Assembly: GCF_020745735.1 (NCBI RefSeq)
Contig: NC_083437.1
Coordinates: 32,798,001 to 32,862,000, forward strand
Length of the DNA: 64,000 bases
Origin: Hemiscyllium ocellatum
Taxonomy: Eukaryota
Reading direction: 5' to 3'
Positions 38,401-49,035 of the stretch are shown here, piece after piece (within the stretch, counting starts at the first letter, position 1; every line of letters starts with the position of its first letter). The position numbers and the translations under genes are program-made. The notes under the pieces were generated by a model, which saw only the letters and a program-made list of their open reading frames with translations, did no database searches and had not been told where the DNA came from.

Positions 38401-38540
38401 AAATTGCAGATGAGACCCTGAGATAGGCTATGATGTAACTGTGACCTCAGTAGACATCTGATAGAGACAGTGCTAGAAGATTGGAACTGGATCCGTTCAG
38501 GAAAGGAAGCTTTCATATCACATCATCATTTGTACATGAG

Positions 38541-38842
38541 GGTGGCATGGTGGCTCAGTGGTTAGCACTGCTGCCTCATCGCGCCAGGGACCTGGATTCC
38601 ATTCCAGCCTCGGGCGCCTGTGTGGGTTTTCTCCCATAATCCAAAGAATGTGCAGGTTAGGTGAATTGGCCATGCTAAATTGCCCATGGTCTTCAGGGAC
38701 ATGCACATGAGTTGCATTGGTCAGGGGTAAATATAGGATATTAGGGTCGGGGAATGGGTTTAGCTGGATTACTCTTTGGAGGGTCAGTGTGGATTTGTTG
38801 GGCCGTAGGGCATGTTTACATGCTGTCAGGATTCTATGATAT
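38541..38842 (+). mobile_element. HE1-type SINE
   Basis: ggcatggtggctcagtggttagcactgctgcctca head; gattctatga tail. Confidence 0.85.
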
Positions 38843-40442
38843 TATAAATAAATACTGTTTAAAGAATACTTGAAACCCAGTTTGAGATTATTTGAAGAAT
38901 TAAAACCCATTCGAAATCAAACTGCATGATAGAGTGAAATCACATGAAAAGTTTAAAGTGTTGAATATGAGTCATGTAAAGGTTACAGAGATAGGTGGGG
39001 AAAGGGAAGGCCATGCAAAGTGTTATGTGTAAGACAGTAATATGTGCTAGATCAAATTTTTAGATGAAGATAGCTTTACAAAAAGATGTAAGGTGTGACA
39101 AGGGCAAGTCGAAAGTGTCAAGGCAGAATTTTGCAATATTTATGTGGGTGTTAAAATGAGGGCAAATCATTTTATTACTGCAGAATTCTATTTCAAATCG
39201 TTGGTTGTGCAAGAAGGTTCAATCAGAGCTGATTCGGGCTACATGTCACACATGTGCTATCTCTTTCCTGGTTTCTGCTCCTTGTCATCTCGCTCCAGCT
39301 GCTCAGTCTCGGTCCCTCACCCTTTAAAGGCTGTTGCTTTCATGAACCCAATAACCAACTAGACATCCCCCTGACTCCCTCACCAAATCAGCGACCAGCA
39401 GTTGGTAATGAAACCTGAACATTTTCTTGTGGGATGTCATACCACAATTAGTCACTGGTAATAGTAAAAGGTGCAGTTTGAAGGAGCAGTTTAGAGTAAA
39501 TAAAGCAAAGGACATGTCGAGTTTTACACCTGTCCTTTTGCTCATTGGGACTTGTATTCCTTTACATTATGTTTTGCAAACTGTTATATGTGTTCCACTC
39601 TCGCATATCACTCCTGCCTAGAAAATTTGCCTTGATAGCGAAATTTGATGTCAACCCATGCAGAAACCTGATGCCCTGATGTACCACCATAATCCCTTCG
39701 GGGTCTCCAAATCTGTTTGAAAACAGGGCAATGTTAAGCTAACTTGTTTGGCATGAAAATCACTGATTTTACACCTTTTCTAATATTGATCTTTGTTGAC
39801 TTCGATGGAAATCTAATCTGGTGAAGGCATAAAGCTAATGTTACTAACATGAATTGTATTTTCCACTCACAGGATGCTGCCATCTGTTCAAAAAAGATGT
39901 CCTGCTCATCACAAAGTTAACAGCTTCTTTTCATGAATTTCAATGCCAGTGGGATGTAAGGTACATAAGCTGGATGTCTTGACAATTGGTGGAGCAATCA
40001 AATAGCATGCCCCTTCAGTTATTTGTAACAGATGGAAGACCGACAGTACTCTATCAGCCTGTGCTCGCTAAAGCTCAAAGAAGGTTTACCGTTAGAGATG
40101 ATGCTGTTATTGAGTCATATTTACTTCGAAATCCTGACTAATGTAGAAGCTAGTCTAACAGCTCATTTAAGATCATCTGTCAAGTTATAACTTGGCTCAT
40201 TTACGTTGTGATAGGCTTCGTACATTCATGTGCAGAAATCCATTCTCTGCAAACAAACAGAACATGTTCAAGCCTGAAATTTAGGAAACTTATCATTCCC
40301 AGTGTTGCTTTCTCCATGGCAAAGCCTTGGCCAGTCAGACTTGACTTGCCAACCAATCAGCACCCTTTTAAAGTCTGGTTGAAGATTTGTAGCTCGGGTG
40401 TCCGTTGTTGTGGTTCTGTTCGCCGAGCTGGAAGTTTTTGCT

Positions 40443-40482
40443 GCAAACGTTTCGTTCCCTGGCTAGGGAACATCATCAGTGC
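40443..40482 (-). ncRNA. Minimal hammerhead ribozyme motif (mirror copy, on the host-gene sense strand)
   Basis: Exact reverse complement of 40574-40613. Confidence 0.7.
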
Positions 40483-40573
40483 TATTGGAGCCTCCTGTGA
40501 AGCGCTGCTTTGATGTTTCTTCCGGTATTTATAGTGGTAACATCAAAGCAGCGCTTCACAGGAGGCTCCAAAA

Positions 40574-40613
40574 GCACTGATGATGTTCCCTAGCCAGGGA
40601 ACGAAACGTTTGC
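40574..40613 (+). ncRNA. Minimal type I hammerhead ribozyme motif
   Basis: GCA-CUGAUGA-U-GUUCCCU(AGCC)AGGGAAC-GAAA-CGUU-UGC. Intact core, 7-bp stem II, 3-bp stem I (GCA/UGC), palindromic ACGU stem III, GUU cleavage triplet. Activity untested. Confidence 0.7.
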
Positions 40614-40924
40614 AGCAAAAACTTCCAGCTCGGCGAACAGAACCACAACAATCAGCACCCTTTTTTCCTGTAGTATAAATTGCTGTGATCATTTGAAATT
40701 TGACATTCTTGTGTTTGCCCTGATGAATGGAAACCAAAAAAAATCACCAACAAATTTCTTCTTTCAGTAGTATTCATATTCTATGCTATCAAGCAATAAC
40801 TTAATCATTGCCTTACTATTTATGGCACTTGATGCCAGTTAATATCTATTTTATTGGTTTATATTTTTACAAATGCAATCAGTAGGATTTGGCTCTATCA
40901 CACAATTTTGCAATGGCAACTCAC

Positions 40925-41059
40925 CTGATCATTAATCTGACATGCTATTAAATTTTGTTGGTTATAGGAACGTGCCGACCGGATGTACTTGAGCCAGTTC
41001 CCACTTCCAGCCTGACTTGCATCAATGCAGAATTTTACATTCCCCAGCTCGTCAACAAT
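40925..41059 (-). CDS. PRDM16: Internal coding exon (135 bp, phase 0/0) of a PRDM16/MECOM-family PR/SET-domain zinc-finger transcription factor; PRDM16 favoured
   Basis: Translates IVDELGNVKFCIDASQAGSGNWLKYIRSARSYNQQNLIACQINDQ. This matches the PR-domain exon of MECOM (..NVKFCIDASQPDVGSWLKYIRF..QHNLVACQINDQ) and PRDM16 (..KFCVDANQAGAGSWLKYIRV..). Canonical acceptor ttttattcttttgcag and donor CAG|gtgagt; 135 nt. The QAGxG motif and the absence of a nearby CpG-island EVI1-type promoter favour PRDM16. The family call is strong; the paralog call is only moderate. Confidence 0.85.
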
Positions 41060-42042
41060 CTGCAAAAGAATAAAATTCAACATTTGTGCCATCTTAATAA
41101 CTCAGAGGAGAGACAAGTTGTTTCACAATTCTGCAAAAATGATACTGCAATCTGAAAGAAAAAGTACCACATGTTGAGGATATAGTGTGTTCTTTAGCAC
41201 CTTTCAAACAGCTGGCTGAGGGTTGATGGATTCTCTGTGTATTTCCAGTATTTTCTGTCTCTGTTGGAACCTTCAGAAAGGACTATGCACTGAGTAATCT
41301 CAAAGTTTTCTTTATTTGCATTGTAAGATCTTTACTCTTCAGTGTTTGAACTAGAGACTTGCATGTTGGGACATTCCCTGGGAATTGAAACTATGGAGCA
41401 ATCACTAACATAATAGCACTGAAGAGTGTAGCTCAACCTATCACGAGATCAATGGAAGCAATCCACTCAAATTCCATATTCATGCTTTGTGGTTTCTTTA
41501 TACTATGGATCTCCTCAAGAGTTTGAATCTTCAGTCACAGTCTGACCTATTGGTCTGCTGGTAATAATATGAGTGAATGAGAAAGATTTCCTTCATCCTA
41601 TTCAATAGAGATTTGTTTTACATTTTCTCCACATTGCAATCTGATAATAAGTAATTGTCATGCTGGTAGTTGCATTTTTTAAAATTCGTGGGGCATGGGT
41701 GTTCCTGGCTGGACCAACGTATATTGCTTGTCCCTAGTTGCTCTAGAAAAGGTGGTGGTGAGCTGCCTTTTCTTTAATCTGTCTTGGATTTGCTATGCAC
41801 TTTTCTGTCCTGCCCTAACACCTGTTGAAGGCTACATAATTTCCAGCTGACCCCAATGGGCAATCCTTACGGACATTCCTTAAAGGTGATTGTTGTCAGA
41901 TTGTTCAACAGCAGGGAGTGTCACAGTCAGATGGCATAAACGCATTTCTACAGGACCTATTCCTGTGAAGAAGGCTTCTTATCTTATGATAATAGGTTTA
42001 GTAGGCTAGGCCTGTATCTATTAGAGTTTAGAAAAACAAGTG

Positions 42043-42378
42043 TGAAATAACTCCACCGAAGTTGGTAACCCAGCACCAAGTCCCCCTTTATTTCCACTCA
42101 TTAACAGCAGATCAGTAGGTCAGACTGCGCCTGAAGGTTCCTTACCTGTAACTGCTGAGTCTCCAGTTCTCACACTGTATAGTAAAGATCTAACGTAAAT
42201 AAAGAAAATTTGGAAAATCCTTGACATTGGTCCAGTTCCCTCAGAGCCAACCCTTAGAGTGCACAGGATGTCTGGCACTCCTGTTTATATCTGTCAGTCA
42301 GAGCTCATTGATTGGACCAGGTTAACAGGCCCAATCAGGGATCTCATATCTCTGGCAGACCTCATTTCAATTACAACA
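42043..42378 (-). mobile_element. Solo LTR, same family, inserted in a CR1 3' fragment
   Basis: tgaaataactccac...ttacaaca termini; flanks aagtg/gagtg form a near 5-bp TSD. Confidence 0.7.
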
Positions 42379-45300
42379 GAGTGATGATCTTATTAAAATA
42401 TTTAAGAACTTGAGGGGACTAGCTGGAGTGGATACCAGGAGGAGCTTCCCCTTAGTGGGGGGGAGGTGGGGGTGGGGAATTAAAACCAGGGGACATACTT
42501 TAAGAATAAGAGGTCTCCCTTTAATGTCAGGAGAGCATTGAATTCTGTTCCCCAGAATGTAGTGGAAGCTTGGTGTCTAAATTTATTCATGGCTCAGTTA
42601 GATTTTTGATAGACAAGGGAGTCCAGGGACATGAGGTAAGAAAGGACAATGGAGCTGAACCTGGAATCAGATCTTATTGAATTGCTAGAGCACGCTTAAA
42701 AGACCAAATGGCTTACAACAGTCCCAATTGCAATCAAGATGAAGGATCTGAGATGTTTGTATTTCCCACTCTAGGTTGGGATCTTACCCAAAGTCTTAAG
42801 GATTCCTGGAATCAATGAGTAAGCCAAGGATAAAATATTAGGGCATCCTTGGCTGTATGGTTTGGCTACAAATGGGATATCCCAACTGAGTTTGGGGTGT
42901 GGAGAGGAGGCTTGAGGAGGGCTATGGGGCTTTGTTCAGTTATTCATATGAATACTCTTATTGTGTCTTAAAGGCATGAAGAACCTGACCCATAGTCAAT
43001 CCTCAGAAATATTGGCCACACACACTACAGGAGAATACTCTAAAAACATATTTTATTCAAATGTAAAATTGATACCTGTTATGATCCTGGGCCAGACTGC
43101 CATATTTATGTTACAATCTGGTTAGAGATCAGTAACCTTTTCATTTAAATAGAAAAGGTGTTACATTGAGGGAACTAAATTAGAGGAGAAAGCCACAAAA
43201 CAGCATGTTTGTTTTTGAAGAAATTACAATAAACCCTGTTGTACAACATTTGAACAGCAATGCAATCAAAACTACATGTACAACATATATTCTGACACCC
43301 AAAATTAGCATGTGGTAAAAATAGGCAATAAACTGTGATCAACCACTCCACAACACACATCAAAGAGTAAATGTGACCGTGATAATCCAATGGACATCTC
43401 AGCAATTCCTTCCAGACATTAATGACATGGTGGGTCATGAAATCTCAATAAATTTCACAAACAATTACAATTCTTCATATTTACTGGTTAGGCCTTAAAA
43501 CTCCCTCTTAGAAGCTACTCCATCAAGGACAGCCTCAATGATTGCTCCCATTCTGGTTGATTACCCTCCTTTCCTAGCTTTGCGCTTCCCTGGACTCTGT
43601 AAACTGCACACCATTACTTATTCCTCAGAACAATTCCAGCTTTTTACTGGCAGCTATTTTCACCAAGCTAGAATGACTCCCGTTTTTATTTTACTAAGCA
43701 ACTAATCCGTTGCATCAAGTAAATACTGTTTGTGGGTTTTCAACCCCTACCCTACTGGACTAATAGGGGCACCCAGCTTCTTCTAAGTCCCCACAGCAAC
43801 CAGATATTTCCAGTGCCCTGATTCTGAAACTTACCTGTTAATCATCGGCTAAAACATCGACCTGTACCCAAGTTATAACAGAATAGAGATGTTCAACTGG
43901 TCTTGGAATTTCTTACTGAATCCCCTACACAGAATCCATGTCCCGAGTGACCCGATTGAAAACCTTGCAACCAGCCTCACCCTCTATCTTTGGAAAAGCC
44001 AAATATTACAACCCTCTGGAACTGAGTGTGCCTTGAATGTCATTGTCTCACAGAATGCTAGCTTCTACAGCACAAAGAATACATACAGAAAAAGGATTCA
44101 TCATTTACCACAAAAGTTTTTTTTTAGCATAAGCAGAGTCTTCTGGGTTAAATCCCCACAACCAGCTTTAAGCAAAGAAACTTAGAAAATAAAGCAGTGT
44201 CACTAATTTTTGTCAACCTGCTCAGTCCAAATAGTAGAGACAGGCTTACATTTTTTTTCAAAACAAAACTTCCATCTGCTTATTATATAATTTCCTTAAA
44301 GGTGACATTTTATTATCCTAGGCTTTCATACGACTATCAAACATGAAAAAGCTAAAAGGATCCACCCTCTTCACTTCTTTTATTTACGCAGACCTTATGT
44401 TCACCTCATCGATTAGCACAGATAGACTTTTGTTTTCACTCAGCTAACCCTTTCAACATGAACCCTCAATATATTTCATGCTCTCTAATACAGGCAAGAA
44501 AAAAAACACCCAATGTGAATCTATTATGTTCGTTGCCAATAGGGAAGGCAGTTTAAAAATAATACATAATTTTGATTTCTTCAAATCAATATGCAAAGAA
44601 CACTTCTTCAGTTGTTCCCACACACTTGTAAACATCATTTTTGAATATTGCACTTCCCTGACAATGGTTTGTTCGCAATCCAAGGTGATTTCACGTCTGT
44701 GTCAAAGCACTGCCCAGTTTAATTGAACCCTGGGCCTGACTGCTATTAAAATCTGTCTGCTTAATCTCTTAGCCAAGCTGCTCAAATGCACTTTGCCAGG
44801 AGTCAGCAACTTCTCCTCAGGAAAGGAGACAAAAGCCCAACTCTAGGATCAAATATAAGCAAGACAGACTAAGGATCTCACTGACCAATTTAGCTGCAAA
44901 CCCAGCACTCATGCAATCTGTTGAATAGGGTGCGTTGTGGCAAGTAACCAATATGTTGAGGTGAAAATACTTTTTTGGTCAGCAACTGGAAAACTCTGTG
45001 GCGTTCTTCAATCGAAATCAATATGCCAAATTATTGTTATAATCTAGTTTAGGGCTGGAATCCCCAACTGTGCACATAGTGATTAGTCATCAAGGCTAAG
45101 CATTGAGACCGTGCACTAAGGGAGTTCAAAAATTTCCAGCTCCTCACTTAGCAAATAAAATCAGAATGATTTATAGTGGAGAGACCGTTTAAAAAAAACA
45201 ACCTGCCTACAAATAGTTTCCAAGAAATAGTTTCTGTGCTGCCTTAAATGTGCAACTTGTTGGTTGGTTTGGAGATAAGTGCATGAGTGTGCATTGGAAG

Positions 45301-45747
45301 CAGGCTAAGTGTATCGATTCAGACATCTCCAGAGAAAAGCAAAATGAACACTGAACAAAGAGATATCCTAATTAATTGAGAACCAATGAAACTGTTGACT
45401 TCTTAATAGAATATTATGATCAAGTGTTTCTAAAACTTATACTTTGATTGCTATGGCTATAAAAAAAAAGGAATTTTCGAACTGAACAAAGTTTACCAGC
45501 ACACTTTTTAACCTGAACTTATTTTGCATTCTACGATGCTAACATGACTTAATGCATGCTGACTCATATTGGAGGTTGGCCCCAGTTCTAGGTAAATAGA
45601 GGTCTAGCAGGAATGAGCCAATTTTAAAGTTAAAAGGTTTCACCCTTTGTTTTGGGGATTTTTGTCTTATACTTCTTTCCAGCCTCCTTGACTGGGAGGG
45701 TTAGCGCATATACTTAAGACAGCAAGCATCTGACCTAACCCTTGGCT

Positions 45748-46167
45748 GAGTAGGGTGGGACTACTTTCCCTGGAGTGTCGGTGTTGAGGGGGACCTTATA
45801 GAGGTCTACAAAGAGGCACGGATAGGATTAAGAGCCAAAGTCTTTTCCAGAGAGAAGGAGAGTCCAAAACTAGAGGGCATAGGTTTAAGGTGAGAAGGGA
45901 AAACTTAAAAGGACCTAAGAGGCAACGTTTTCAGACAGATGGTGGTACGTGTATGGAATGAGCTGTCAGAGGAAGTGGTGGAGGCTGGTACAATTACAGC
46001 ATTTAAAAGGGCATCTGGAAAGATACGTGAATAGGTAGGGTTTAGAGGGATATGGGTCAAATGCTGGCAAATGGGAGGAGATTAATTTAGGATATCTGGT
46101 CGGTGTGGACAAGTTCGACCAAAGGGTCTGTTTCCATGCTGTACATCTCAATGACTCTGTGACTCTA
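45748..46167 (+). mobile_element. CR1 LINE 3' end
   Basis: Same 3' sequence as 29480-29900, ending gactctgtgactcta. Confidence 0.88.
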
Positions 46168-46189
46168 ACTGGTATCAGCTTCAATTCAG

Positions 46190-46605
46190 AGGCAGGTAGT
46201 CTTCCCTCAGATTCAGAAAAAGATGGTTTCTAGCCTAACCTCCGTACCTTGAGAAAGAAATTCTTGAATGGCTCTTCAGTGTAGGACTGAGAGACTGCTG
46301 TATTGGGAAATGGATCATTGTTTGTTATGAAGCAGAGGCTTCTGCTCAGATTGGTGCAAAAAAAGAAGTCCCATGACACCAGTCAAAGTTCAGAACGGAG
46401 TTTTTCTGTTTTTTTGTCTATTACGTATAGCTCATACAGCACCTAAAATAGAGTTTCTGGTCATTATCACATTCTATTTGTAGGACTTTGTGCACAAATT
46501 GGATGCCACATTTCCTACATTATGAAAGTGACTCCATTTGACATGTATTTAATTGACTGTAGATGCTTTGTTACATCCTGAGATCAGTGTGATATAAAGG
46601 CATTT
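46190..46605 (+). mobile_element. Deu-domain SINE relic (SacSINE1/AmnSINE1-like); other relics near 1830-2140(-), 5390-5640(+), 47850-48240(-), 62230-62585(+)
   Basis: ctggtcattatcacatt..tttgt..gtgcacaaattgg.tgcc.catttcctacatta...agtgact resembles the Deu domain as recalled. Confidence 0.65.
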
Positions 46606-48259
46606 CTATCATTAACATTGCTCTGAGCCACTCCAGGGAGTATGATCACTGTTTTCTCTCCCCTGCTTTATGGATTGAGGTTAAGCCTTAGCCCTGCTGG
46701 AAAATGCAGGGAAATGTGGGAAGCATCATGGACTAATGTAAAATGCTGGTGAAAATGAGTCAAGTCCTTTTATTCTGTCAATGGAAGGCTATGTTGTTCA
46801 ATTGTCCCCCTGCCCTCATGCATACCCCCATTCTTTCATTAATTTTGGGAGGTAAAAGGCATTCTCACCATGGCCAAATTTGTCAGTAATGGGAAAAGGA
46901 ACAGTTGGCCAATTTTGCCAGCTATCTGAATCGAATGACTCCAGTTCCGAAGAAGAGTCATTGGACTTGAAACGTTAACTCAGTTTCTCTCTCCACCTGC
47001 TGACCTTCTCCAGTAATTTCTGTTTTTATTTCTGATTTCCAGCCTTCACAGAATCTTGCTTGCATCAAGCTCCTTCCCTTCAATTTTAAAAGTGTTTCTG
47101 CCATGATATCATAACGTGATCATTGTTATTTTCCACCATAGGCTTTCCCATGCCCTAAGTAAGATCATCTTTATGGGATTAAGGGAGTTTTGCCATGGCC
47201 AGTTGCAGCTTAATTGAAAATGGTTGCATGTAGGATCTTAAGGCATCTGCAGAGGGAGAAAACAGCTTTTCTATTTGTTCTGCAGTGGATTCAAATGCAG
47301 TTCCAACTGAAAGAGCTGCAGATCCTGTAAATCAGAAATTGAGGAAAAGTCACTGGACCCAAAACATTAACTCTGATTTATCTTTACAAATGCTAACAGA
47401 CCTGCTGAGCTTTTCCAGCAATTACTGTTAGAGTTCCAACTGTGCTACATTACATCACTAATCAGTACTCTCAGAGGTGAGTCCTCCTAAATTGGTTCCG
47501 AGCTGTCTCTGGGCCATCCACAAAACACTTCAATGGAAAGGACCACCTCCCCAAGGAATCCGATGAATATATCAGAACCTAAGATCCTAATGCAGATACG
47601 CAGTAAGGAAACCTATGTACTTTTTGCCACACCACAACTTCCATTACATGATTTTCAGACAGAAGTTCAAACCTTGTGAAATTTATTGACAACCACATCC
47701 TGTCAATTTGTTATATCAAAGAAAAAAGTAAATACACCTTCTCTTGATAAGCACTAATCTACTAAAGTAAAGTCTTGCACAGTGATTCAAAGCAAATCAC
47801 ACAATCCTGTTCTTACATAGTTTGTGGAGATATTATGACCACCGAGAATGCAAATGAGAACTATTTACTTGGCACCTTTCATGACTTAAGGATGCGCAAG
47901 AGGTGTCAACAATAACTTAAAATGTGATAAAAGGTCCCACGAATAGCAATGAGGTGAATGACCAAAGAATTAATTTTTTAGTGATTAAGATTGAGGATAA
48001 TGCTAACTAGGACATCCTGGGGAAATCCGCAACACATCTCTGAATCATGTCATGGGATATTTCACACCCATCAGGGACAGATCACAAATCTTGTGATTTA
48101 ATGTCTCATCTAAAAGATGGCAGCTCCAACAGTTCACTCACAAAATGCAGCACCAGCAGCTTCTCTGTACTGTTCCAGTGTCAGCCATGATTACTGAAAT
48201 TCTGCAATGGAACTTGACCCACAGCCTTCAGACTTGATGAAGGGGATTGCTGTCAATTT

Positions 48260-49035
48260 CTTCAAGATGGTGGTAGAGCAGCAGAGCGGTATGTGGGCTC
48301 CTGCTCAGAGTTCATCTGATCTGGACACTTTTATTTTCCATCTTCTTTCCTCAATGCATTCTTTTTCTTAGTTTAATCTACTTACCTTATGTGATGTGTG
48401 AGTTCGTGCAGCGTGGATGAGATTGTCATGGAGGATATTGAGCCAGTGCAAAGAGGGCGAGACCAACATGGCAGCAAGAAAGGTCCCTGACATTAATGGC
48501 AATCATCCTGAGCAGAGGAGAGCATGGGAATACACAATCCAGGGTGATCATTGCTGAGAGAGTGGGAACACACAGCCCAGGGTGGTCAGTGCTGAAAGAG
48601 TGGGAAGGCACAGCCCAGGGTGGTAAGTGCTGAGGGAGTGGGAACACATAGCCCAGGGCAGTCGGTGTTGAGAGAGTGGGAATACACAGCCCAGGGTGGT
48701 CAGTGCTGAGAGGGAGATCAGGCAGCGGGCATTGGGGGGGTGTTGGGCAAAGTCCAGCGCAGAGCAGGGGAGGTTGGGTCCTTGTGAAGAGTGCGAACCA
48801 GGAGCTTGGGGCTTGCAGTTTTGGACTCTTAACTGTGTTTCTTTGTTTCTCTACATTTTAGTAAGAAGACCTGTAATGTTCAACTTTTTAGCCTTGTCTC
48901 TTCATTTCTCTGCTTTGTAGCTTACATTCTGTACCTAAGTACCTTTGTACCGAAGATGGCACCTTAACTGGCTACTTGTAAATTTTTCCCAGTACTCATG
49001 TGAGTACGTGTACAATAAACCTGATTCTAATTTCA
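48260..49035 (+). mobile_element. Non-autonomous retroelement (aagatgg 5' end; Rex1-like 3' stem-loop and AATAAA tail); related relic at 18415-19280
   Basis: 3' end gtactcatgtgagtac (palindrome) + gtgtacaataaacctgattctaatttcaatt; GC-rich body; contains a 38-bp minisatellite. Confidence 0.45.
48525..48715 (+). repeat. 38-bp minisatellite, about 5 copies
   Basis: Unit gtgggaa(c/t)acacagcccagggtggtcagtgctgagaga. Confidence 0.9.

Larger units (their letters stand above)
40370..40651. mobile_element. Fold-back hammerhead element (family E), Penelope-pLTR-like, 16-bp TSD
   Basis: Arms 40405-40517 and 40539-40651 (112/113 identical), 21-bp spacer. TSD caatcagcaccctttt at 40354-40369 and 40649-40664. 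Confidence 0.85.

Noticed and set aside
40208-40737. Opposing ORFs sharing the peptide CCGSVRRAGSFCCKRFVPWLGNIISA
   Set aside because: A consequence of the DNA palindrome; no coding evidence.
43077-44380. Possible long solo LTR beginning tgttatgatcc
   Set aside because: No convincing CA terminus, TSD or second copy could be identified.
48525-48715. CRISPR-like regular repeats
   Set aside because: Contiguous 38-bp tandem units with no unique spacers, in a vertebrate context with no cas genes.
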